Source of the DNA: Octopus sinensis
Lineage: Eukaryota
Direction: 5' to 3'
Assembly (NCBI RefSeq): GCF_006345805.1
Contig: NC_043013.1
Coordinates: forward strand, 1,054,001 to 1,118,000
DNA: 64,000 nucleotides
The position numbers were made by a program, and so were the translations under genes. This document shows positions 50,401-62,800 of this stretch, piece after piece; within the stretch, counting starts at the first letter, position 1; each line of letters begins with the position of its first letter. Under the pieces are notes generated by a model. The model saw only the letters and a list, made by a program, of their open reading frames with translations. It was not told the origin of the DNA and did no database searches.

Positions 50401-53088
50401 AGTGGAGATTTAAAGTGGCATTAAGAGGTGATACTACACATGTGTATATTGGTGCAGATAACATCATCATCATCAAATACTCAATTTTCCATGCTGGCAT
50501 GGGTTGGACAGTTTGACAGGAGCTGGCAAAGTCAGGGGCCACCCCAGACACCATTGTCTGTTTTGGCATGGTTTCCATAGCTGGATGCCCTTCCTGATGC
50601 CAACCACTTTACAGAATGTATGGGTGCTTTTTATGAGGCACCAGCACCGACAGGGTCACCAAGTACTTTGCAAAACAAAGACCCCACCTCAGCAGGAAGA
50701 AGGGGGTAATAGAGAGGGGTGGTGGCTTTGGGCCAGTTGATGAGAGATGAGAGGTACAGGGGGGACAGTAAGTCTCTTACCCTAACTTTAGTAATGTGTT
50801 TATGAATGTAATACAATAAAAAAAAAAAAAAATTCAAAAAGAAAAGCAAAAATATTCAACAACAGGCTATATAACTAAAAGAACAGTGGGTATTATTTGA
50901 CAACATAAAGAAAAAAATATTTTTAAATAAAATGTTTATAACTACAATATTACAACTTAACATCTACAACATAAATCAAGCTAAATCAACACTATAGTCG
51001 TCAAAGACACAGCTTTCATATCATATATATATATATAGATATATATGTATGAGAGAGAGAGAGAGAGAAAGAAAGAGAACAAATATGAGCACCTAATGTA
51101 AATATATTTATGAATAAACCATAAAAATTAGTGAGGTTATAACTATGTTATTGTAGAGACTATTTTGTTAGTAAAGGGGTATCGGAAATAAAAATTTGTT
51201 AGTTCTAAAGTGAAGTGTTTTGAACAATAATTCTAAGATATTTCTTAGTAAAGTGAATAAAATAATGGAAGAAATCTAAACTTTAAATGGAATTAGTCCA
51301 ATGAGAGGTTAATGATATGAAGTCGCCAGTAAATGGTTAAAGAGCATTTCAAAATAAAATACATGAGTAGACTTTCTGCTGGAACTAATTATATGACTGC
51401 AATTAAAACAAAAAAAAAGGATTGGTGCGAGAACAATAAGTTCTTATTCCATATCTTTTGATAGGGTTGGTGTGGGAGAGTGTTCAAATGCTCTGAACTA
51501 ATTACTGGCAACTTCAAAATTAGGAGTAAATTAATGTAAAGTAGAGAAATTAATAATAATAATAAATGTCTGTATGTGTGTACATGGTTAAATCAATAAA
51601 AACAGGTGAACTAGAATTAAAATAACATCCTGATATTTTTATTGCTAAAATAGCCCAGTATGTATTCATAATAATGTATAAAGCTTTATTTTGATGTATC
51701 CTTTACAGATTTAATGGGAAGCTGTAGAATACTAAAGCATTGTCAAGCTGGTACTTAAGCAAAATACCGAGAAAGAAATCTTGGAAAAATTCTAATGGAG
51801 ATGAATGATGCCCCATCACAGAGAACTGTGAAATATTAGGCTGAAAGAATTTAAGAGAGGGACAAAGTCAGTAACCAAGGAAGAAAAGTCTTGTGACCAC
51901 AACAAATTCAGGAAGCTTTCAGAGATTTTTTTAGTAAAAATTGTAGAAGAATGACATTTTGGTGTTAATTTAGTTCCAAAGTGACTTAGTATTGGCACAG
52001 TCAACAACATTATCAAAAGTCATAGTATAGGAAATTTATGCTCAAGGTTTGTGCTGCCCTTTTTAAATAGTAAACTGACAATACAACAATTCAATTGTTG
52101 TACTATTTACAAACCAAGAAACATTCTTTAACCCTTTAGCATTTAAACTAGCCATATTTGGCCAAAATATTTCACCTATTTTATTTTCAAACCAACCAGA
52201 TTCTACCTCTCACACTTATCCCACAAGGTCATTTTAAAAGTAAACAATCACACTAAAATCCTAAAGCTGAGATAATACAGGATTAATTCAAAACAATGTG
52301 ACTGGATAAGCATTACATTTCACAGAGTAATCTGAATGCTGAAATGGTTAAAATGAAATATCATAACACAAGAGCAATTTCATTGTTATCTTTTTACATC
52401 CCAAAATTAAGGAGCATCTAGCAAGTGGAAGCAGTCCAGAAGAGAAACCAGTCACTGAAGATCAATGATGCTTTCAGTATTTGGAAATTGCCAGGATGTA
52501 ATCTTGTTAGATTTCCTTAACAAAACTGTTTCATGTGAACTAGTGCAGTGAGACAGTTGAAGTTATCAAGGGAGGAAGGATAAAAAAAAAAGGGCAAATG
52601 CTCAGAAACATACCATTCCAGTATCTTCACTTCAACTCTTCTATACACACTGCAACAGTCTCTTAACGGCAACTAGCTTTGTTGCACTCTCACATCAACT
52701 GTATAGCCCAGATCTTGGTCTAAGTGATTTTAGAATGGTCCATCTCTTTAAGAGGCATTTAGTAAGATATAATTTTGAAAAGCAAGATAAGCTCTTCTGC
52801 AGTAATGAAGATTTCTTTGAAAAGGCATTTTCTGATCTGGTGATATGTGAGTGAAACATCATGATAATTTTGGTGATTATATAAAGAAATGACACCAATA
52901 GGTGTAGATATAAAGCTGTATTAAGTTAAGGAGGCACATAGCTCAGTGGTTAGGGTGTTGGACTCTGGATTATAAGATTGTGGCTTCAATTCCTGGACCA
53001 GGTGATGCGTTCTTGAGCAAAACACTTTATTTCACGCAACTGGTAAAAATGAGTAATCCAGTGACAGATCAGTATCCTGTCCAGAGAG

Positions 53089-53128
<40 letters not shown>

Positions 53129-53782
53129 ACACCAAGAGAAACCAAGAAACCAGCCCTATGATCCTTTAAAAAAAATTTTTTTAATTTTTGAAGAAAAGGA
53201 GTGATGTGGGCCAACCAACCAAGCAGTTCTAGGTTCAATCCCACTGCAGAGCACCTTGGATATGGATTTTCTACTGTAGTTTTAAGTTGAACAATACTAT
53301 GAGAATGGAATTTGGAAGACAAAAACTATGAGAGGGTTTGGCATGTGTGTGTGTGGGGGGGGGGATATATATTTTAAGTTCTGTCTCTTTAAGCCACCAA
53401 ATTCAAAATGAGTACAAGGATAAATGCCTTCTGACACTAGTAAACGAATGTACATATTGGATTTAATATTGTTTCCAGTTTGTTTCCAATACAAATTCTT
53501 TGATAAGGTGGTGAGCTGACAGAATCTTTAGCACGCTGGGCGAAATGCTTAGTGGTATTTCGTCTGCCACTACGTCCTGAGTTCAAACTCTGCCAAGGTC
53601 GACTTTGCCTTTCATTCTTTTAGGGTTGATTAAATAAGTACCAGTTATACACTGGAGTCAAAGTAATTGACTTAACCCTTTGTTTGTCCCCTCTATGTTT
53701 AGTCCCCTGTGGGCAATAAAGAAATAAATATAAATTTGATTTATTAATCCTTCACATTTAGTACTTATTGAACTAACCATGT

Positions 53783-53826
<44 letters not shown>

Positions 53827-56800
53827 ACACACACACATTGAGGATGTATGTTGCTGGCATTGGATATTGAAGGAACTACAGCTGAATAATGAACCCTCAG
53901 ACATGTAAATTTGGAAATACTGACAATGTATTAATTTTCCTGGTGGTAGTTTTATTAGAATATGAGAGATAGAGAATGTGTACTTATGTAGAAATGAAGC
54001 AGCAGAAAGCAAGAGAATTGCCATTGGTGTCAAAGGCACCTTAAGATACTTACAAACACCACTGCTACCAATATTTCTATGGTGTGTTGCTGGATGATGG
54101 GCATGAAAAAAGAAACTAAAGGTTACTAATGGGAGATAGAAGGGCTTAACATCCTTTGTATGGATTAAGTGACATTCATGTTGCTATTTTCAGCCATAAA
54201 TTTTTCAATCTAGAGCAGAAAACTAACAAACAAACAAACAAACATCCTGAAATATCCATCGGTAGAGTATGAAAACCACTGATTAAAACTGAATGGTCAC
54301 AGCTTGATGTTTAAAACCAAATCGTTTTGATCTCAGAGAAAGTCACCTGGTTTTTTTCTTTTGAGTATTATTTTAGAGCAGGGAAAACATTTTACTGAAA
54401 ATCTTAAAAAAAAAAGTTTCTTAAGATTAAAACAAACTACAACAACCAAACAAACTTCATAAAAATATTCACAAAGAAATGGGTAAAACAAATCATACCT
54501 TGCCGTGGGCTTGGAGCAACTTTGCTAGTGACAGACCGGCGGGTGCCACCACGCCTAAAATGGTAACACAAATAAATATATTCAGTAAACTTCTGAAGAC
54601 TTTTTTTTCAAACTTTTACAATGTCTACTGAATTGTTTTAGATCATTATCAGATTTACTTCATATGGATAGATTTTGTATGGATAATCCCAGTTTCCAAA
54701 CATTAAAATATTGGAAAATTACCATTGTCAAATCTCACCACGTGAGATATTCAGCAACAGTACTTTGTAGTAAAGATTATTTGCCAACATAACACGGCAG
54801 TCCTGGTTTAGGACGAATGTTGTTGTAATTTAGCCCCAGGAGACATCATCTCCAGCTGGCTATACAACATGATCTGTGTTCGAAAATATAAGGACACAGA
54901 TCGTGTTGTATAGCCAGCCGGAGACAATATTTCCTGGAGCTAAATTACAGCAACATTAGTCCTAAACCAGGATTGCCATGTTATTTTGGCAAACAATCTT
55001 TACTACATTAAACTTCCATGCCTGATGCCACATGGCTTGGGATGGGAGACGGGGTTATATTTCATATAAAGAGATATGAAGCTCGATCTAATGTAAATGA
55101 CCAGATAAAACTAATAAGACTGGGAAATTCAGTTAAGAAAAGCATATCTTACAACACACCATTATCAACAACACATTTCAATAATTATATAACTAATGAT
55201 AGTTTGTTTTATGCTGTCATAAACAATGTGCCTTAATTGCGAAATATAGATTGCGTTTATCATCCAGGCACCAGCTTAAATAGCAATAATTCAAGTTTTG
55301 TGGTATTTGGTAGTTAATATATGTCTTAGATAAGCCAACTCCATCCTTTAGCTTTCTACACTTCAACAACTAAAACACTAAAATTTCAGAAGATTTCTTT
55401 GTTTAAAATTTCTTAATTGCCATGCTTTCATGTGTTTTGATGATGTCTGTAGCTAATGACAACTTACAATGCCAAAAATTTGCTTTATTGTAGAATTGCT
55501 TTAGTGCCTCTTCAATGTATAATTCCAACACCAATATTAAATAGCATAATACTAGCATTATTAGGGAGATGTTTCTTACACAAAACACTTCAACAACGTT
55601 TTCAGTTTTCTTTTCTTTTCTCTATTTTAAACATATTATGCTTATTACCTTGTCTTTAAAACATTTAAGAACCATCTTTGACCTTTGCCAGCATCTGAAA
55701 CTTGCCATCATCATCATCGCTTAACGTCCGCTTTCCATGCTAGCATGGGCTGGACGATTTTGATTGAGGGCTGGCGAACCAGAAGGCTGCACCAGGCTCC
55801 AATCTTGATTTGGCAGAGTTTCTACAGCTGGATGCCCTTCCTAACGCCAACCACTCCGAGAGTGTAGTGGGTGCATTTTACATGCCACCGGCACGGGGCC
55901 AGTCAGGCGGTACTGGCAACGACCTCGCTCGAATCCTTTTACACATGCCCCCAGCACAGGTGCCAGTAAGGCGGCTTTGGTAACGATCACGCTCAAATGG
56001 TGCCCTTTTCATCATCATCATCATCGTCGTTTAACGTCCGTTCTCCATGCTAGCATGGGTTGGACGGTTCGACCGGGGTTCTGGGAAGCCAGAAGGCTGC
56101 ACCAGGCTCCAGTCTAATTTGGCAATGTTTCTACAGCTGGATGCCCTTCCTAACGCCAACCACTCCGTGAGTGTAGTGGGTGCTTTTTACGTGCCACCTG
56201 CACAGGTGCCAGGCGGGGCTGGCAACGGCCACATTGGTGTATTTTATGTGCCACCGGCACGGAAGCCAGTCGAGGCGGTGCTGGCATCGGCCACGAGTCG
56301 GATAGTGCTTTTTACGTACCACCAGACCAGGGATCCTGGCTGGTTCAATTCGATTTCGATTTCGCTTGCCCCAACATGTCTTCACAAGCAAGGGGGGTTG
56401 GCAAGGGTGCCTGTCGTACGGTCGCATTGGAGTATTTTACGTGCCACGGCCACGAGTCGGATAGTGCTTTTTACGTACCACCAGACCAGGGATCCTGGCT
56501 GGTTCAATTCGATTTCGATTTCGCTTGCCCCAACATGTCTTCACAAGCAAAGGGGGTTGGCATGGGTGCCTGTCGTACGGTCGCATTGGAGTATTTTACG
56601 TGCCACGGCCCCGAGTCGGATAGTGCTTTTTACGTACCACCAGGCCAGGGATCCTGGCTGGTTCAATTCGGTTTCGATTTCGATTTCGATTTCGCTTGCC
56701 CCAACATGTCTTCGCAAGCATGGGGGGTTGGGATGGGTGTCTGTCGTCGGATGAGGTTCTATATCGACTTCGCTTGCCTCAACCGGTCTTTGTGTCCAAG

Positions 56801-59800
56801 GGAGGAAAGGCATTCATAAGTGGGCTGGGCTCACTTGTCCTGCCTGGTCTTCTCACGTACAGAATATTTCCAAAGGTCTCGGTCTCTGGTCATTTCCTCA
56901 GTGAGGCCTAAAGTTCGATCAATATTCAATGGCATTATACACACTACTTGATTATTCCTTTCATGGATTCCATGTGCTTTTTCATTCTTAGTCAATCATA
57001 AAACAACCAAGGATTAATCTTGGAGAAGTTTAATATTGGTGGGAGGGTCCTTTTATCCACAAAAACTGGAAGTTTTTCATCAAAACTTTTTGTTTTTTAT
57101 ATATATCCTTTCTATTTTTGTAAGATTCACAAGATTCACCCCAATACATACAATAATAATTCATAAAATACTTCCTCTGTGCAAAAGAGCCCTTGTAAAT
57201 GTTTAATCAAATGTATAACAGTTAAATTATAGAAACAAAATATATATGAACTAGAAGGGAAAAATTAAAAATTATAAACATTTTGAGAATAAAAATAATA
57301 GAAACATCTTGAAACCACTTGAAAAAAAATAATGTGCGTAACTTACGTGAGTGAATCAAAACCTATTCGATCTTGGCTAGCAGACCGTGACCTTGATGCA
57401 GGTAACTTCAGAGAGTCAGCACTATTTAAAGAATTATTACTGGAAGAATTACTTAACTCCCCTTGGAGGACTTTTTGTTTACTAACGTCTAATGAATTCA
57501 GCAGTGCGTCAGCTTGATCTCGGAAATGTGTAGCGAAATGCCAATAAGCTCTGTTGGAGAAAAATTACAGCACGTGTAATTTGGATGGGAAAATAATAAG
57601 GTATTAAAAGTTTACAGAAGAATGATGTCTGTAAAGAATGTAATATTAGAAGATTAGACAAATTTAAAGTGGTTAATAGGTGGGACATTTTTCATAAAAT
57701 TGGGATTGGCTGAAGTGAGGTCAAAAGGGTCAAAATATTGGAAAAACAAATTCTTCAAAATAGAAAAACTACAATGAAAATGCATGAATGATTATTGGTA
57801 ATAGAATATTATTTCATAATACTCGATTACGATGGAAATCTTGAACATCTTAAACTCTGATCACGAAATATCTCCAACTACTAAAATGCAATCATATTCT
57901 GATAAACTGGTGCAAAAGGAAAATGCTTGCTGACAGACAATCACAAGATATCTAAAGGTTGTGCTTTTACTTATAAACCCTTTAGTGGGTTTATATATTC
58001 AGCTGATATGGAAACTTCTTAATAGAAAAATCAAATTACAATTGGGTTTTAGTAACTTTTGACACACAATTCAAGAGACTCCCCATCACCCTATGAATTT
58101 TTTTTAATTCTGAAAATAAATTTGACAATTTTCTCTCAGGGAGTTAATATTAATTTTAGCTTTGTGTCTGCTGCACCAACTTTGGAAAACATTTTAGTAG
58201 CAAATTTATAGAATATTAAATACCAGATCTGAAACCAACAACATTTTAATTAAGTTTGAAACCGTGTAAATACAGTTTGCTTTGCAGTTGGATTGATTTC
58301 TTCATAATTTTGGTTTTTCGAAGCAATAAAACTTACTTTCTGGAATGTGCCCTAGTTTCTGAATCTGGATCACTGATTCCTCTTTTTATAGCATCTTGCA
58401 AAATTGCAATGTGTTTCTCTAGAATATGGGTTGGCCAACTGAGGAGTATTTGTTTCAAACATTCACACACCAACCTGCAAGTTAAAAATATATAAAACAA
58501 TTAAATATAAAACAGCGTGTGTTGTTGTATACAAAAGCTAATCAGGGACATACTTTCAGAAATTTTATATAATTTATCACTTACCTCCGAATTATGGAAT
58601 TTTTTGATGAAAAGTTGCCAGTTATTATAGGAATAAATTTAGAAGAATGAGTGAACTGAAAAAGAACATTTTTAGAAAAACCTTATTCAAATAGTCACAA
58701 TGCAATCATATCACATGAAATGTATTTAAACAGTTAAATGACTAAAAAGCTGCTTGTAAACAAAATTGTTCATTCCTAATGCCAACCACTTTACAGAGTA
58801 TACTGGAGGATTGGCACCAGCGCCAGTGCTTTTCATATGGCACCAGCACTAGTGCATTTTATGTGACACAAACACCAGTGCTTATTACTTGAGAAAGAAT
58901 TATCAAAATTCCTCAAAAATACTGAACCAGCATTATGTAATAACAGTCAAGGAAGCTGTTAATTGTCCAAAGAAAAAACAATTTTTGCTTCATTATATTC
59001 ACCTGGTTATAAGAGGGAAAATAATTTAAAAATTGCATAATTAGCTGGTGTTATGCTAATGAGCACATAACAGTGAATCTCATTCAACAATCCAATCTTT
59101 TTAACACAACCAAGACAACTGCTACACACATCAAGGAAACAGCCTTGCAATTCTATTCTCATTATAAACAGACAAAACTATAAGCACAAAAGTTGCTACA
59201 AATGTTAAACCATACAATCTCTGGTTATCTCTTGTGGTGGGTGATCTCATACAACAGTGCCAAATGTGGACCTTAAAAACTAGCATTCCTGATTGCTTGG
59301 TGAGCAGAATTGCTAGCTTTGTGGTTTTTATTCCAGATCTTTATATTCTAAGTTTGTCTGCCAAGAAACTGATGTTAAGCTTTATCAGCCCACACTTTTC
59401 GATTGGACAGCATCACTGGCATGGAGATGGGAGGCTTGCCATATCACCAACTGCTGCTATTCTATTAACAAAAAAAAACCTTGCTTAGGTCAACACCTAG
59501 AAGAGGGACTTTCTAGGTGCAGATAGATGGTGAACCTTGACCAATAGAAATCTTAAACAGTTACAATTTTTTTTTAATTGAACAGACAGTGATATTTTAA
59601 TAGTGCCAAATATCACTACTAGTTTCAACATTGCCAAAGAAGGAAAAGTGTTATTTTCATAGAAATTAACAAACATTTACAAATTCTTCAAATATCCATA
59701 GAAAATAAGCTCACAAAAAGATAATATTAAATTAAATTAGAATATGTGAAAAACTGTCCCTGGTATGGGAATTTACAATTTAGGATTAAAAAATATAAAC

Positions 59801-62800
59801 TGCTTAAATACCTGGATCAGAAAGCGTATACACACAGCTCCAGAGGTAGCCATTACTTTGGCAGTATTAGATACTAGAGCAATAAGATTTTGCAACATGG
59901 CTTCAGCAAAATGATCACATTTATTTCCAAGCTGCTGGGAGATAAAGCTAAAAAGACAAAAAAAAAAAAAGAAGGTAAATCAGGGATAATTAAAAGAAAT
60001 GGAGAAATATAAGTTGTGTGAGAATGTTATGAAAGAGATAAATAGAAGGACAACTAAGAATCTTGAATGAGTTTAGACTGAAGAAAATCAGCAAATTGTT
60101 ATCAGGGAAACAAATCAATATGGGGACTGAAAATTAAATTGTTTCTGTAACTGATAAAACACTTACGCTGTTGTGATGCAGGCCTCTCTCACAACTTGAG
60201 ACCGTAGGTCTTTGATAGCAAGGCAAAAAGCTGGTTCCAAAGTACGTAACATAGAATAAAAGTCTTCATAATCTGCAGCTCCACATATTAGTAATGCTCG
60301 CACTAAACGAAGCTAAACAAAAGACAAATTCGATTTTATTAAAGTAATGTAAACTAAGTATTTTAAACAATCCTATGACGTTCAATTTTAAAAACTACAA
60401 TTGTTCCAAACATTAGAAAAATTTAAAATTTATGAAAAATTTATAAGAATTTCATTAGAATAACAGAGATGTACATGCATAACAAGTGACCTGATCTGAG
60501 AGTGTGTGCTGGAACGAAAATAACTGCAACGTGGAAGGTGTTTATAAGCCATTTAAAACACACAAAAACTGTTAGATTCACTTCAACATTTAAATTTAAT
60601 TTGCTAAAATATTTTCGACAGAATTTTGTCAGTGAACAGGTCGCGGTCTCAAAGCAATGAAAATATTTTGGAAAAAAAAGTTTTAATGTTGAAGTGAATC
60701 TAACAGTTTTTGATTAGAATAACAATTTTAATCAAAAATTTCATTCTTCATTTAATATGAGAAAAGAAGTATTTGTAACTTGGTCTGTCAGCATCTTCTA
60801 CATTCCACTCGCAATTAATTTAAGCATTGGCTTAAGAAGAAGAATATAAAACATGGAACTTTACAAGAGTTTTCTTATTTATTTGATATAATTAATAATT
60901 GTGAATTAAGATTCAATAATGAAATTTTTAAATAGCATTTGACAAATATTTTAATATCTTACAGATTCAACTCTTTTTTCCCAGTCGTTATTGCTGTCAC
61001 CAAGAGTATCTTTAACTTTAGTGAAATGGGTTTGGATATCTTTACAAGAATAAATCTGCAGACAAAAAAGAAAAACAAATTATCATTTTAAAATGTTTAG
61101 CAATGCTGGTCTAAGTTGAATGGGTTTATTAATCAGCAGATTATCTTCAGTAATCTTTTCTATAAAACCCAATTTCCTGACATCTAACATCTTGTTTCCT
61201 ACTTGGTCTTTCTTTTCCACATGTAGCCCCAATTGACAGAATATGGTGCTTTCTGTACTGAACACACATCATCCATTCAAATTACAGTTGCATCTCTGCA
61301 CAACTCAACAAGTCTTTTGCATGCAGCTTCACTCTTTTAGCACTCAGATTTCTCTGACAAATGTAATGCTTATTTATTCATATTGTTTGGAATTGATCCT
61401 GCATTATCTCATAGCTTTGAGATTTGAATTAAGTGATTTTTATTTTTAGAATTTTTAGATTCTGTAGAGTAAGTGTGAGAGGCCAGATCTGGCAGGTTTG
61501 AATATAAAACAAGCAGAATATCTGAGACAGATATGGGGGGGGGGGGCAGTTTAAATGCTAAAAGGGTTAATTACCCAAGGATTGTGCTCAGCTCACTTCT
61601 CTCCAACTTCTGCAGACCCTACACATTCAGTGCTCATATCTCTTTTACCATGGATATCTTCAATGGCAGATTTTATGAAGGAATTATAGAAACTGCTGTT
61701 ATATATACACACACACACACACAGGTGAACGCAATGTCCTTCAGCATCTTGCTGGCTTGGCCAAAGTTTATTTTATTTCATCTTTGTATTTGGTTTGTAA
61801 GATTCTTTATGTGAATTCATGTGTTGAAGCAGGCTTTATATAGCTATGGTAAGACCTCACCTGGAATTTGCATCACCAGTCTGGAACCCCTATCTTGCCC
61901 AGGATATCAATCGTCTGGAAGCCATTCAGCGATGTGCAACCAAAAGAATACCCTCCATCAGGCATTTGCCATATTATGAACGCCTTACTTCCCTGGACAT
62001 GGACACATTGAAACTCCGACGTCTGGCAGCTGACTTGGCAGACACCCATAAAATTATCAACCATCTTACAAACAATAACTCTGAGCACCTTTTCGAACTC
62101 CACCCGTCTAACACCCATGGACATATTTACAAAGTCAAAAAACAGCACAGCTCCAATGACTTTCGGAAACATTTTTTCATGCTAAGAGTTGCTGAAGCAT
62201 GGGATAAACTGCCGGCATCAGTTGTTAGCTGTCGGAGCACTGCATCCTTCAAAACTTCCATGCTTCCTGAGATTCGCCAACACTACACCTGATTTTCTCC
62301 CCTCCATACACACACACAAGCACGTAGCTGACTCATACACTGTTCGCTTCCCAGACATTTGTACATTACTGCATATACTCTGACAAGTTGTGGTGCACCT
62401 GAGCACTGTATACAATAATTTCATTATTATTATTATTATTTATTGTGTCTGGCAAGAGTCATTCCGTTTTAATGCCTTATTAATCAATACATTCACTGGT
62501 TCAATTTCCACTCATTTACTCCCCCCGCCCCTTCCCCTAAAATTTTCATTCTACACACATGCGCACAAACAGACATAAAGAACGCAGCTCTGATAACGGA
62601 CAGAGTCAACCAGTATCAAAGAGGTTGCAAGAAGCAATGAAAATTTTAGAAAAAGAAAAATTAAATAAGTAAATGATTATTTTGAAATTATTGTAAATAA
62701 AAACAGTGAATGAAAAAGCAACCTACACACTGTGAAAGCATGGAGCTATTCCCTTCCATCATTAGATAAAGATGGCGAGGAGGTTTACTTCAAATACTGT

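Noticed and set aside
56288-56740. Regularly spaced repeats suggestive of a CRISPR array
   Set aside because: The units are contiguous with no unique spacers, the context is a eukaryotic intron, and there are no cas genes.
56047-56819. Long ORFs of 235 aa and 147 aa with internal 53-aa repeats
   Set aside because: They are antisense read-throughs of the RTE 3' UTR and its 159-bp triplication; there is no sign of a real protein.
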